A stretch of 64,000 nucleotides of DNA from a virus (lineage: Duplodnaviria; Caudoviricetes): IMG/VR virus record IMGVR_UViG_3300027819_000009, positions 10,658 through 74,657 of that record; one strand, 5' to 3'. Positions 19,578-29,782 of the stretch are shown here, piece after piece (position 1 is the stretch's first letter; each line of letters starts with the position of its first letter). The position numbers and the translations under genes are program-made. The notes beneath the pieces are model-generated. The model was not told where the DNA came from and did no database searches. It saw nothing but the letters and a program-made list of their open reading frames with translations.

Positions 19578-20251
19578 TAGTTTTTTATAAAGTGTAAAAG
19601 CCCGAAAGTGTAAAAAACATCTTTTACGGGGCTACAGAATTCTGGCGTAATCACCCACTCGCTAGTTGTCCAGTCTATTTCTGAAGTTAATCGCAATCCT
19701 ACTTTTTCCATTTCAGAAACTAATCTCTCAACATCTTCTCGGCACAAAATATTCCAGTCAAGTGAAAACAACTTCATTCCTTCTGTTTTCATTTTTGGTT
19801 CTGCGTAATCAAAGCTACAAAAGAGATCCCCACCTGATTGTAAAATACGACTTGCTTCTTTTGCAAATGCAGTGTAGTTTATCTCATGTTCCAAAACCGA
19901 CAAACAGCAGGCCTGACCGAACTCTCCGTCTGCAAATGGAGTCTGTGTAAGTGGCCCAACAAAGTATTCAGCATCTCCAATTCTATCATGATCTGCCACT
20001 GGAACTAAATCTATTCCTACTCTGCGAGATTTAAATCCCAATACGGAATGGTTGTGCAGAATAAAACTTCCGGCGGCTCCCATATCTATCAGAGGAGTAT
20101 CTTTTAAATATGGCACAATATTTCTGATGTCAAAATTTTTGCAACTTAAGCCGTGTAATTTAAGACTCGCACGAGTTAAATCCTCAGTGCATTGATTCAC
20201 TTCCTCCCTACTTTGGAGGAACTTGTTTAATGGTAGTTTTGTTAATTGCAT
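19577..20251 (-). CDS. Class I SAM-dependent methyltransferase
   Basis: LIDMGAAGS, CCLSVLEH, ILQSGGDLF. Confidence 0.75.
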   Translation of the reverse strand: MQLTKLPLNKFLQSREEVNQCTEDLTRASLKLHGLSCKNFDIRNIVPYLKDTPLIDMGAAGSFILHNHSVLGFKSRRVGIDLVPVADHDRIGDAEYFVGPLTQTPFADGEFGQACCLSVLEHEINYTAFAKEASRILQSGGDLFCSFDYAEPKMKTEGMKLFSLDWNILCREDVERLVSEMEKVGLRLTSEIDWTTSEWVITPEFCSPVKDVFYTFGLLHFIKN

Positions 20252-20252
20252 A

Positions 20253-20519
20253 TTATAGTTTTAAATTATCTGCCGTTGGTTCGATTTTTGTTCCAGTAGA
20301 CGAGTCCTTACTTGATGGATAAGGATTTGCCTCACCCAGTCGTTTTAAGTCCATCCCAAGCCACATTACGCCTTCCTGTAGCTTTGTAATCGATAATGAT
20401 TTCTCACGAGAAGTTGGTTGGTTTTTAATCCTTTGAATAATATCGTCCGTATCCTTGCGTAACTGTTTAATACTTACAACTTCTTGTTCGTATGCTGTTA
20501 TTTCTTTTTGCTCTTCCAT
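20253..20519 (-). CDS. Small helical-hairpin protein resembling the Acb2/Tad1 hairpin motif
   Basis: TSREKSLSITKLQEGVMW resembles the Tad1 SRENACALTHVEEALMW segment. Confidence 0.45.
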   Translation of the reverse strand: MEEQKEITAYEQEVVSIKQLRKDTDDIIQRIKNQPTSREKSLSITKLQEGVMWLGMDLKRLGEANPYPSSKDSSTGTKIEPTADNLKL

Positions 20520-21039
20520 GTTTTTATTTTTAAATTGTGTTTATTTCTTTTTCAATATAGCCTTTAGTTCTTAAAATTACATAACAACTATTCCATATTC
20601 TATCTTCCAATTTAGTTTTATTTTTTATTGTTTCAAATTGATGGTAATTGCCATCTTCTAATTCTTTCAATATTATAATAAAATTATGAACAGCAAAACC
20701 TTTATGTTTTTTATAACCATAATCAAGAAACGAAAGCCCGTCTTGTGTTATTTTAATTGGCGGATGTTTTTTCATGGTGTTTTATTTTTTTCCTAAAATT
20801 ACCTCTTTAATTAATGCCTTGCCAAACGTTTTAGGGATAATACCATTCATTTTATTCATTATTTTTAATAAATCAACTTGATTTTTCCCATGTGCTATTA
20901 GTGTTTTGTGGAAATCTTTAGTTTTTTTATGGCAATCATCAATGTACTTAGTAAATATTTCTCTTTTTTTAGTTGGTAGTTTCACTAACTTTTTGCCAAC
21001 CATTTGTTTGTTAAAATCTGTTCTCATATTATATAGGTT

Positions 21040-22125
21040 TTAAATTGTTTCTAATACTTCGCTAAGTTTTTGGTAAAATTCGGTATCTGCCACTTCTTTT
21101 GATTTTCCGTCCGTCGTCACTAATTCTATTGGCCCGTTTGCTATTCCTACAGTGGAGCATTTTTTACTTCCGCAGTATTGGAGCTTTTTTACAGGCTTTA
21201 ATCCCCAAGCCGAAGTCGCACAAGATACCCCCGACGACATACAAACCATAAGGTCGCAGTAATTTATTAGCAGACCAGCTTGTCGTACAGTAAAATGAGC
21301 AGCAGATACAACTCCTTCTTCATCTATAAACATATCGTGAGGCAAGCCCTCGTTATTGGGGCCTCCTTTGTGCTTATGTGATGCGAAAATAAAGTTTGTT
21401 GGGCCAAGTTTCTCTCTGCAAATAGCCATTATCTTCTTTGTGGTAAACTCATCCCAATAGCACGATTGTCCAGAACCACAAAACGTTTCCATTAGGATTG
21501 TTTTTCTGAATGGTATTTCCGGTAACTTCATTACAAAGTCATGTATTTGTTTCTCTTCTTCTGCACTCCAGTTTAATACAGGCTTCCACTCCCACTCTTT
21601 AGGAACTCCAAAAATCATCTTACTACAATCAGTGTAATCGATTCCGTCTTGTTTTTCAGAAGGAATCATGTGAGGGGCTGGAAAAAAACCATTTTGAAGG
21701 TCTTTAGTATCTTCGAAGTCTTTTGCAATATCTAATTTTAATTGGTTTTCTGAATTACAAAGGAACTTATCATAGTCGGGGCATCCGACTGGCAAATGAT
21801 TTCCAGACCAAGGCCATCTTCTTACTTCTGAAACATTGCTGTACTTAAGCGCATCGGCGTTTGGGAAATTTGCGAACCAAATTATCTCCTTATTTGGAAA
21901 TAAAACATCTATGTATTTTAAAACCGAAGTCGCAGTTATTAAATCTCCTGCCTGCCCGAAAAGAAAGCATCCAATCTTGCCAGTCTTTTCTCCTGTCGAA
22001 GGAGTAAGTGTTTGGTTGAGTTCTTTTATTAGTTCATCGTTCATTATTCCGTATTTTTCAGTTTCTTTTATTGTCCAACTTCTATTTAATTTATTTTGAC
22101 CAATTAAAAAATCAATTATTCGCAT
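21040..22125 (-). CDS. GT9-like (GT-B) glycosyltransferase
   Basis: GQAGDLITATSVLKYI...FPNKEIIW; LINYCDLMVCMSSGVSCATSAWG. Confidence 0.6.
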   Translation of the reverse strand: MRIIDFLIGQNKLNRSWTIKETEKYGIMNDELIKELNQTLTPSTGEKTGKIGCFLFGQAGDLITATSVLKYIDVLFPNKEIIWFANFPNADALKYSNVSEVRRWPWSGNHLPVGCPDYDKFLCNSENQLKLDIAKDFEDTKDLQNGFFPAPHMIPSEKQDGIDYTDCSKMIFGVPKEWEWKPVLNWSAEEEKQIHDFVMKLPEIPFRKTILMETFCGSGQSCYWDEFTTKKIMAICREKLGPTNFIFASHKHKGGPNNEGLPHDMFIDEEGVVSAAHFTVRQAGLLINYCDLMVCMSSGVSCATSAWGLKPVKKLQYCGSKKCSTVGIANGPIELVTTDGKSKEVADTEFYQKLSEVLETI

Positions 22126-22131
22126 GGGTTT

Positions 22132-23031
22132 TTAAATTGTAATTTTCATTTGTGTCTGAATTATCTTGCCATTCTTTTTATTATTATCCACAGACCAAAG
22201 TGGTTGTAAATTTGTATAGTGGCAAAGCAAAGTAAGCCCTTCGATTGTCTTTGCAGAAGATAATGGTATTGCGTGGTCTATCTCCCAATAAGTTAACCCG
22301 CTTTTTTTACCGTAATTACCCCATGACATTCCTGGTAAAAATAGCCTTTCTAAATGTTTCTTAACTGTTTCATAATCTACACCAAGCATTTCTTCTGTTT
22401 TTGAATCTTTAGTGTATCCGCCCCTATCAAAAACCTTAGATGTTCTTGATCTTAAGTTAAGAGTCATTCTGTACAGTGGATTTTCCTCTCTTTTTTTAAC
22501 TTCAAATGCATTTCTTTTAGGCTTCCTTCTTTCTCTTTGTCTCTTACTCTGTTCTTTTACGCATGGATTGTTCTTGTTTTTATGATATCTTTCATTGTCC
22601 TGTTTTCTGTATTTTTCAGGATTTTGTTTTCGCTTTTGTTTTGCTATTTCATTAAGCTCTTTCGCTTTGTCTGGATTTTCTAAGTTATACTGCCTTCTTT
22701 TAGCATTTCTAATATCTTTTGTTTTATCTCGTCTTATTTTTGAATTAGCCCTGTATTCTGGTGTTTTCCTTTTAGATGATACTTTTTCTTTATTTTTATG
22801 CTCCCAATCTCTTTGAGATTTTCTCCTTTTAGACCTATTGTTTTTGCCCCACTCATAACTCCTTCTTTTTGCTTTTTCTGGATCTTTTAAATAGTGCTTT
22901 TTTGCTATGTTAGCAACGCACTCCTTACAGTCTTTACGTCTCTTTATTGTTCCTGATTTGTCTTTTTTATCTCTTCTTTCGTAAAACTCCGATTCTTCTT
23001 TTGGAACTTTACACTTGCTACAAGTTTTCAT
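22132..23031 (-). CDS. HNH-type endonuclease with N-terminal Zn finger and K/R-rich linker
   Basis: KTCSKCK...CKEC; WGNYG..WEIDHAIPL...HYTNLQPLWSVDNNKK; start moved to MKTCSK. Confidence 0.8.
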   Translation of the reverse strand: MKTCSKCKVPKEESEFYERRDKKDKSGTIKRRKDCKECVANIAKKHYLKDPEKAKRRSYEWGKNNRSKRRKSQRDWEHKNKEKVSSKRKTPEYRANSKIRRDKTKDIRNAKRRQYNLENPDKAKELNEIAKQKRKQNPEKYRKQDNERYHKNKNNPCVKEQSKRQRERRKPKRNAFEVKKREENPLYRMTLNLRSRTSKVFDRGGYTKDSKTEEMLGVDYETVKKHLERLFLPGMSWGNYGKKSGLTYWEIDHAIPLSSAKTIEGLTLLCHYTNLQPLWSVDNNKKNGKIIQTQMKITI

Positions 23032-23165
23032 TTTGATTAAAATAATGTTGCTCCCTACGCCAACGTGCTTTAACTCCAACCCAGAGGAAGGAATATCGTT
23101 AGTTTCAGGAGCAAGTTTATTTTTTTGTGAATTCATGGATTGAAGTTAAAGCGATATAAATATAC

Positions 23166-23804
23166 TTACTTTCTTTTGAAAATCCAAAGACCGCAGTGAA
23201 TAAACATAGCAGATATCATTCGGCTAAATTCAGGAACGGCAGGCTCCGTAGATGGGTGGTCAATACAAAAGTTTTGTTCACCGCACATACCCCTGCCGGC
23301 TACGTTTATATGATAAGGTAAATCAGCAAAGAAATTATAAGCCTTAGTTCTTCCGTTAGGCTCAAATGCTCCACTATAGTGCTCAGAAAAAATACAGTGT
23401 GTGTCTTCCAGCATATACAGAGATCCAGATTTCATTTTAGGAAATACATATTTAAATGTGTCGATCATATCTTGCCCAACGTGACTTCCATCTTCGATAA
23501 GGATATCCGGAACTCCTATTTCGGAAAATAATTTATCTAAGAAGGCGTGGTCTGTTTGTGATCCAATATGTACATTCGGAACATATCCGGCGCAATCTGG
23601 ATTAATATCAATTCCATGCAGGTTTGCCTTGGGGAATCCTTCTTTCCACATTTTCATTGATGACCCGCCGGCTACCCCCACCTCTAAAAGATTAAACTCT
23701 TTATCTCTTAGGTGTCCAAGATAATGTTCGTAGGTGTCCATGTAAAAATGTGTGGTAGCTTTGTCTGTGGTGTGTCGCAATCCAATCTGTTGTAGTGTTT
23801 CCAT
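23166..23804 (-). CDS. Class I SAM-dependent O-methyltransferase (sugar O-MT-like)
   Basis: TDKATTHFY, LLEVGVAGGSSMKMW, DILIEDGSH, YMLED. Confidence 0.82.
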   Translation of the reverse strand: METLQQIGLRHTTDKATTHFYMDTYEHYLGHLRDKEFNLLEVGVAGGSSMKMWKEGFPKANLHGIDINPDCAGYVPNVHIGSQTDHAFLDKLFSEIGVPDILIEDGSHVGQDMIDTFKYVFPKMKSGSLYMLEDTHCIFSEHYSGAFEPNGRTKAYNFFADLPYHINVAGRGMCGEQNFCIDHPSTEPAVPEFSRMISAMFIHCGLWIFKRK

Positions 23805-23807
23805 AAT

Positions 23808-25040
23808 TTATAAATCGTTTTTAGTTATTATTTTAAACTCAGGCATAATGCAGATAAATTTAGTTCCAGACTCCAATAGTTCCCTCTCCCGTTCCATAAA
23901 CTCAGATAAGAAATGGGCAGGGCCTAAAATAAGAAAATCCGGCTTTTCTAAACGCATCTGCTCTTCGGAGATTATATTTATATTACTCCCAACAGTCCTT
24001 CTTCCGTATTTAGCTGGAGAACGCTCTGCTATAGATGTTATAAGAGAAGAATCTAACCCGAAGTATTGAAGAACTGTGTTAAATTTGGTACTCGCCCCGT
24101 ATCCGTAAATCTTCTTCCCTTTACTTACTTCTTCTTTAATGAAATCAACAGTCTTTTTCTTTAGCTCTTCGATTGCGTAAAAAAAGCATTTCCATGTTGT
24201 CTCTTGGTCTAAGCCTAATGTTTTCTCGTAAGCCAATAAAGATTCTATTCGGAAGTTGCAGACGTCCCTATGGGTGGCTGTTCCAAACTTATTTATATCG
24301 GCATCTTTTTTCATTGCGAAAACTCTAAATGAACCGGCGTTGGTATTATTTAAAGAAACATCCATGATGCGAAAATTGTGTTTTTCCAATAATGCTTTCA
24401 GGTTAAAGAAGGAGTAATATCGAGCGTGTTCGTGGCACACGTTTCCTATTTCTAACTGCTTTATCATAAGCGGAGAGTGGCTCATTTGTAAAACAAAAAG
24501 TCCATCAGGATTCATTATTTCATGAACGTCATTTAAAAACTTTTCAGGAGAGGCGAGGTCATAAAACATAGAAATGCAACTTACTATATCTGTTTTAATT
24601 TTAGTTGTATTAAAATACTCCTGCGAACTAAAATACTTATGGATAACTTCATTGCAATTTTCGTCCGCCTCCTTAAAATAGTCTGGATTTTCACAAACAG
24701 GATCTATATTTATTCTCCAAAAATCATCAGGAACTTGCGACAGCATATAGCCCGTATTTCCTGCAATATCTACCCAATACGGAGCGATTGGCGCTTTAAA
24801 TACCGATAAAACCTCCCGAACAACATCTTTTAACTGTTCCTTCATGACGCCGGAAATTGAGCTAGAGTACCAGTACCTTTTGCCCCATAAAACATTAGCC
24901 GGCGCCATTTCACTTAGCTTTACAATACCATCATCGTCGAGTATAAGTTTTAATTCCACTGGCTCACAAAGCGGCTGTTCTTCCGGTAAGAGAAAATCTG
25001 AGGGATAAAGTTTGCCTAGGCTAAATAATTCTTTGCTCAT
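23808..25040 (-). CDS. NDP-hexose C-methyltransferase-like protein
   Basis: YWYSSSIS, VDIAGNTG, CHEHARYYS, YGYGASTK, IAERSPAKYG. Confidence 0.85.
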   Translation of the reverse strand: MSKELFSLGKLYPSDFLLPEEQPLCEPVELKLILDDDGIVKLSEMAPANVLWGKRYWYSSSISGVMKEQLKDVVREVLSVFKAPIAPYWVDIAGNTGYMLSQVPDDFWRINIDPVCENPDYFKEADENCNEVIHKYFSSQEYFNTTKIKTDIVSCISMFYDLASPEKFLNDVHEIMNPDGLFVLQMSHSPLMIKQLEIGNVCHEHARYYSFFNLKALLEKHNFRIMDVSLNNTNAGSFRVFAMKKDADINKFGTATHRDVCNFRIESLLAYEKTLGLDQETTWKCFFYAIEELKKKTVDFIKEEVSKGKKIYGYGASTKFNTVLQYFGLDSSLITSIAERSPAKYGRRTVGSNINIISEEQMRLEKPDFLILGPAHFLSEFMERERELLESGTKFICIMPEFKIITKNDL

Positions 25041-26071
25041 TTTTTATTTAATTTCTTTAAGTCGTCCATTGTCTTTGACATAATCTCTCCGCCAATTTTA
25101 ATCATCTCAAATTCAACCATCTGCTTTATTAATTCTAATACCGTAACCTTCGGCTGCCATTTAAGCTCAAGTTTAATCTTTTTGTTGTTGGCACAAAGGC
25201 TCCACATGTCCTTCTTGCGGGTGAATTCCGGCACTTGCTCAATGTGTTCCATATAATCGAGCTGTTGGTAAGCAAATGCCTCCCTAACAAAGAATTCTGT
25301 GCTAGTTAGTACTCCGCTTCCTATAACATAATCTTCAGGCTTCTCTGCCGTCATCATTCTGTAAATAGCATCAACCGCATCTTCACAAGCCATCCAATCC
25401 CGCATGTGACTAATATCTCCAAGTTTTAACTTGTCTTTCTTTACCCCCATTTTTATTTCGGCCACAGCTTTTGCGACCTTACGGGTAAAAAAGCCCTCTC
25501 CTCTTCGGCTTGACTCTGTTGGGAATAAAATGCCGGAACAGGCGAATAAGCCAAATGAATCTCTAAATGCCATCACTATATTGTCGGCATAATTTTTCGA
25601 GGCACCATACGCCCACAGAGGTGATCGTGGAGTTGCTTCGTTTTGAAAGCCAGTCTTGTCCTTTCCGAATACCAGGCAGGATGAAGCCTGGAAATAGCGG
25701 ATGTTTTTATCTGTAGTAACTATTGTTTCAAGTATTCGCTGTGGGAACTTGGCATTTAAATCTAAAACAGAATCTATATCTGCCCAAGGCTGGAACGTAT
25801 TAGTTACGCCGATAAAATTGTAGATGCACTCAGGTCTTAAATTATTTATAATCATCGAAAGCTCTAGTGTCTTTGCGATGTCTATTTTGTAGATGGCGAT
25901 ATTTGGAACTAAAGACTTTATCCATTCTATTCTTTCGGGAGATGTATTTTTCCGGACAACACCATGTACTTCGTAGCCCTTGGAGTAAAGAAGCTCGGCT
26001 AAAAATGAACCCATCTGGCCCAAAACTCCAAGCACCAATGCCGTCTTTTTTATGTTAGTTTCCTGTTTCAA
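25037..26071 (-). CDS. gmd: GDP-mannose 4,6-dehydratase
   Basis: GVLGQMGSFLAELL, FQASSCLVFG, YGASK, ESSRRGEGFFTRK, LGDISHMRDW. Confidence 0.88.
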   Translation of the reverse strand: MKQETNIKKTALVLGVLGQMGSFLAELLYSKGYEVHGVVRKNTSPERIEWIKSLVPNIAIYKIDIAKTLELSMIINNLRPECIYNFIGVTNTFQPWADIDSVLDLNAKFPQRILETIVTTDKNIRYFQASSCLVFGKDKTGFQNEATPRSPLWAYGASKNYADNIVMAFRDSFGLFACSGILFPTESSRRGEGFFTRKVAKAVAEIKMGVKKDKLKLGDISHMRDWMACEDAVDAIYRMMTAEKPEDYVIGSGVLTSTEFFVREAFAYQQLDYMEHIEQVPEFTRKKDMWSLCANNKKIKLELKWQPKVTVLELIKQMVEFEMIKIGGEIMSKTMDDLKKLNKK

Positions 26072-26564
26072 ATTCTTTTTCGACTAGTTTATAAAGTTCT
26101 TGTTTGTTTTTGCTTAATCTATTGTGTATTTTATTTAAAAGCACATCTTTTTTATCTGCCCTCTCTTTTACAGCATCCGTTGTTTCTATACTTAAAGGAA
26201 GGAATGTTAGATAGATTATATCCAGCAAATTCTCGTCTTCTTTTATTTCATTAATTAATCTTTTCTTTAATATTAGATTTGGGTCACTCTCCCATACCGA
26301 TTTAAAAACTTTATCTTTGTTATTTTCGTCCATAGCTTTTATTACTTCCGTATAGTTTCTGTTTCATTCCGTCTGCCAAATCATTTAAAGCCAAATCAAT
26401 CTCGTCGATTAAGTTATTCCTCTGTACATTAAGAACATTTGTTTTACGAGTAGCATCGGCCACAACTTTATCTGTAGCTTTTGGATCCCGCTTAATATCC
26501 TCGGCCATGTAAATTTTCAAATTACAAATCGAAAGTTGGTCTATCATATTTCCAATAGTCATTT

Positions 26565-27206
26565 TCATGAGTTGTTCTGTTTAGAAACTTTTCCGTTGTG
26601 TATTCTATAGTGAAGCAGAAATTCCGGCGCAATCGCAAATTTATAATCATTCCCACTATCAAAGCTCCTCCGCCATAGCTTAAAATCATCAAAAGGAATC
26701 TCGTCAGGATTTAACTTTGTGCAAGTTGTCCAGAACTTCCGAGAGTAAGCCAATACAGGATGTGCCAAGATGTTGTGGCCTTTATTTGCCTCCTCTATAA
26801 GATTTAAATTAGACATCCACATTTGATCCATTAGCCTTCCTTCGGAATCTATATTGTAAAAATTAGAGGATATAACGTCGAATCCTGCCCGCATGTACTT
26901 CATTTGAACTTCGAGCCGGTTTAATGAAAACCAGTCGTCCACGTTTACATTACAAACATAATCGAAATCCAATTTAAAAGCCTCGTCTAAAAGGTAGTTG
27001 TGGGCCAAGGCGTGATTATCGAGTTCGAAGGTAGAGAAATGGCTGTCCGGATAAATCTGAGTGTTTGTATTTCCGTAATCAAGCTCAAAAACTTCAAATT
27101 CCTTATAAGTCTGCTTTTGGATAGACTCGACGCATTTTTTAATCCACTCAGGATTATAGTTCTGGACGTTCTTGTGATAAATTATAAAGCAGACTTTTGG
27201 ATTCAT
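26565..27206 (-). CDS. GT2 glycosyltransferase
   Basis: CVESIQKQTYKEFEV, CNVNVDDW, DDFKLW, LLHYRIH. Confidence 0.8.
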   Translation of the reverse strand: MNPKVCFIIYHKNVQNYNPEWIKKCVESIQKQTYKEFEVFELDYGNTNTQIYPDSHFSTFELDNHALAHNYLLDEAFKLDFDYVCNVNVDDWFSLNRLEVQMKYMRAGFDVISSNFYNIDSEGRLMDQMWMSNLNLIEEANKGHNILAHPVLAYSRKFWTTCTKLNPDEIPFDDFKLWRRSFDSGNDYKFAIAPEFLLHYRIHNGKVSKQNNS

Positions 27207-27421
27207 TTCTTTTTACCTTTTTTAGCCTTGTGTTCGTTAACCACATCCCACAGCTTTAACCTTATAAAATCAGATAAGTTCCGGCGATCATCTTTAGCCA
27301 TTACCTTCAGTTCCTTTTTTAATTCAGGCTCAACTCTCGTCATTAATAGCTCATTTTTCATAGCCACAATATTACAAAATATTACATCGGATAGTAAGGC
27401 TGTAATTACAAAGTTATACAA
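27203..27421 (-). CDS. Ribbon-helix-helix DNA-binding protein
   Basis: LLMTRVEPELKKELKVMAKDDRRNLSDFIRLKL. Confidence 0.65.
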   Translation of the reverse strand: MYNFVITALLSDVIFCNIVAMKNELLMTRVEPELKKELKVMAKDDRRNLSDFIRLKLWDVVNEHKAKKGKKK

Positions 27422-27436
27422 GAGTTTTACACAATT

Positions 27437-28216
27437 TTATCTAAGCGATCTCGGCAACATAAGAAGGAACGGAAGGCATAAATCCATATTTGTTGCGTAG
27501 TAATCTATCCCAATATTAATGTTTTTATAGTAATCTTGCTTTCTTATAGAGTAGTATTTTTCGCTTTTTATAGACCATGCGTTTTGTCCTATTTTTTCAA
27601 CTAAAAACCACTTCTCTAATAGCCGGCCAGCCCTTCCGTTGCCATCTGTGAATGGATGTATTTTCTCAAATCTAAGGTGAATCATAGATGCGTAATAAAA
27701 CATTTCTTTATAGGATAAATCCCGACTCATAAGTTCTTTAACATCAAAGAACAGTTTATCCATTTCTTTTTTAATAAATTGACTTTCTATAGCGACGTAA
27801 TGAACCCTTTCAGAGCTAACCACCCCCATTATTCCAGTTCTAAACCTTCCTCTTTCATGTTCTTTTTTAAGGAGATTCTTACTTAGTATTTTATGTGAAT
27901 TTAAAAACGATGATGCTGTTAGTTTATTTTCTTTAGCATAGTTATATGCATTTACCAAATCATCAATTTCGGCAGTTTCTTTAGGTTTAGATTTTACTCC
28001 GAATGTTTTTATTTTTAAATAATCATCCGGCGTTATGGTATTGCCCTCTATGTTAGATGAGTAGGTTGCCGAAACCATAATCATGTGTTTAAAATCCTCG
28101 GCGGTAAACTTATCTCTACCCCTAAGTCTATTAAACACGTCTTGCCAATCAATAGTTACCTCATTAGAGTATTCCTCTAAGTATTTTGCTGTTAGTATTT
28201 TTAAATGCTTTGCCAT
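27437..28216 (-). CDS. Fic family protein
   Basis: Canonical IHPFTDGNGRAGR motif; SSNIEGN. Confidence 0.9.
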   Translation of the reverse strand: MAKHLKILTAKYLEEYSNEVTIDWQDVFNRLRGRDKFTAEDFKHMIMVSATYSSNIEGNTITPDDYLKIKTFGVKSKPKETAEIDDLVNAYNYAKENKLTASSFLNSHKILSKNLLKKEHERGRFRTGIMGVVSSERVHYVAIESQFIKKEMDKLFFDVKELMSRDLSYKEMFYYASMIHLRFEKIHPFTDGNGRAGRLLEKWFLVEKIGQNAWSIKSEKYYSIRKQDYYKNINIGIDYYATNMDLCLPFLLMLPRSLR

Positions 28217-28963
28217 AATTAAAAAGATGCCCTACTCAAAACTAATGGCAAAATCAGTCTGACGAGGAGTCAAAAAGAACATTAATCTTTTTCGGGCAAT
28301 TGTTTAAATTTCATTTTTGTAACCTGATTTTGCATAACAAATATAGTGAATTATAATATATAATCCAAATTACCAACGAGAAAGCCCCACTTTTTAGGGT
28401 GAGGCTCTCCGTTGTGACTTAGGTGTCTATGAAACCACTAATTCAAGGTAGGGCAAATATAAATCAAACTTTCGGAATAAAAAAATCCCCCAGAAGAGAC
28501 CTTAAAACTCTTGACTCTGGAGGATTATTGTAACGACTTGGCAATCTTTACTATTACAAACCTAATTAAATAATAGTAAATAACCAAATCAAATTATGAG
28601 TTTAGTTTTTATTTAAATCTTCTATATCATACCATGCATACTGTGGGAATGGCGGCATTAGGGGGTTTCTGTTTTTAATCAAACTTTCCAATGTAATCTT
28701 TTTCGCATCTATAAGCCTTGCATGTTTGGCACAAGGAATAAAGCCGGTAAACTTCCCATTTATACAGCCGGCATCGTATTTTAATCTACCATCTGGCAAT
28801 GGAACTCCTTTTATTTTAAACCACCGAATTATAATTGGAGGATATTGTCCAAACTCTCTAATACAACACTTCGGATAGCCCAAATCTATCCCTAATGGCT
28901 CATTTAATTTATACCATGCCTTTCCATGCTTTCTGAATTTTAGTATGAATTTTATTAGCTTAA

Positions 28964-29782
28964 TCATATCTTTATCCAATTTTCAGGTAGTAAATCTTTA
29001 GTATTATTGTTCTTTCCGGTTTCTCCGAACCAGTTATTTGGGCATACAACTTTTTTATTCGGGTTCTTGTTCAACATGGCAGACCACCAACTAAAAGATG
29101 AATTTGCTATTATATTATCTGAACATTTAGCCATTAAATACATATCAATGATATCGTAATCCTCCTTGCAAGAGGCCATCGATTGAGTTTCTGAAAAATA
29201 AGTGTTCTCTCCCAATCCTTTAAACCACTCTTTACACCATCCGATATCGTCAGAGCAAATAATAAACATTGTTTTAGATGCGGATATGTCGTATGGGTAT
29301 AAAACCTCGCTTATAGCGGCTGTATAGTAATCAATTGGCAAAACACCATGATACTCATTTGTTCCTGGATTTAAATAATCCGATCTACGTACATGAATAG
29401 CGCAAGTATGCAAACCATTAGGATTAATCTTTTCGTAAAGCTCATCGATGCTCTCCTTCCAGTTGTCTTTTAGTTCAAATAAAATAGTAGGATCCAAATC
29501 ATCGTGGTATAAGTGGCTCTGGAAATAACCCTCAAGACTAACGTTACCTTCAAAAAACGGAATCTCAGAATAATGAAAATGCGGCTCATTGTAATGATGC
29601 GCAGATACAATATTGTCACTCGTAGGAAACGGAAAATCAAAATATTTAAAATACTTCCACTCCGGAAACAATACTGTCTTATTGTGTTTTAAAGCATAAG
29701 CCCATGTTGCTATTATCTGATGAAGCGAGTTGCCACACCTGCCCATGTTGCCTAGCTGCGGAAAAGATACTACTCCACTCAT
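28964..29782 (-). CDS. GT11 alpha-1,2-fucosyltransferase
   Basis: GRCGNSLHQ, EGYFQS, IHVRRSDY, IANSSFSWWSA; start moved to MSGVVSF. Confidence 0.9.
   Translation of the reverse strand: MSGVVSFPQLGNMGRCGNSLHQIIATWAYALKHNKTVLFPEWKYFKYFDFPFPTSDNIVSAHHYNEPHFHYSEIPFFEGNVSLEGYFQSHLYHDDLDPTILFELKDNWKESIDELYEKINPNGLHTCAIHVRRSDYLNPGTNEYHGVLPIDYYTAAISEVLYPYDISASKTMFIICSDDIGWCKEWFKGLGENTYFSETQSMASCKEDYDIIDMYLMAKCSDNIIANSSFSWWSAMLNKNPNKKVVCPNNWFGETGKNNNTKDLLPENWIKI

Noticed and set aside
22184-22192. Perfect DnaA box TTATCCACA
   Set aside because: It is isolated, inside a coding region and within chance expectation.
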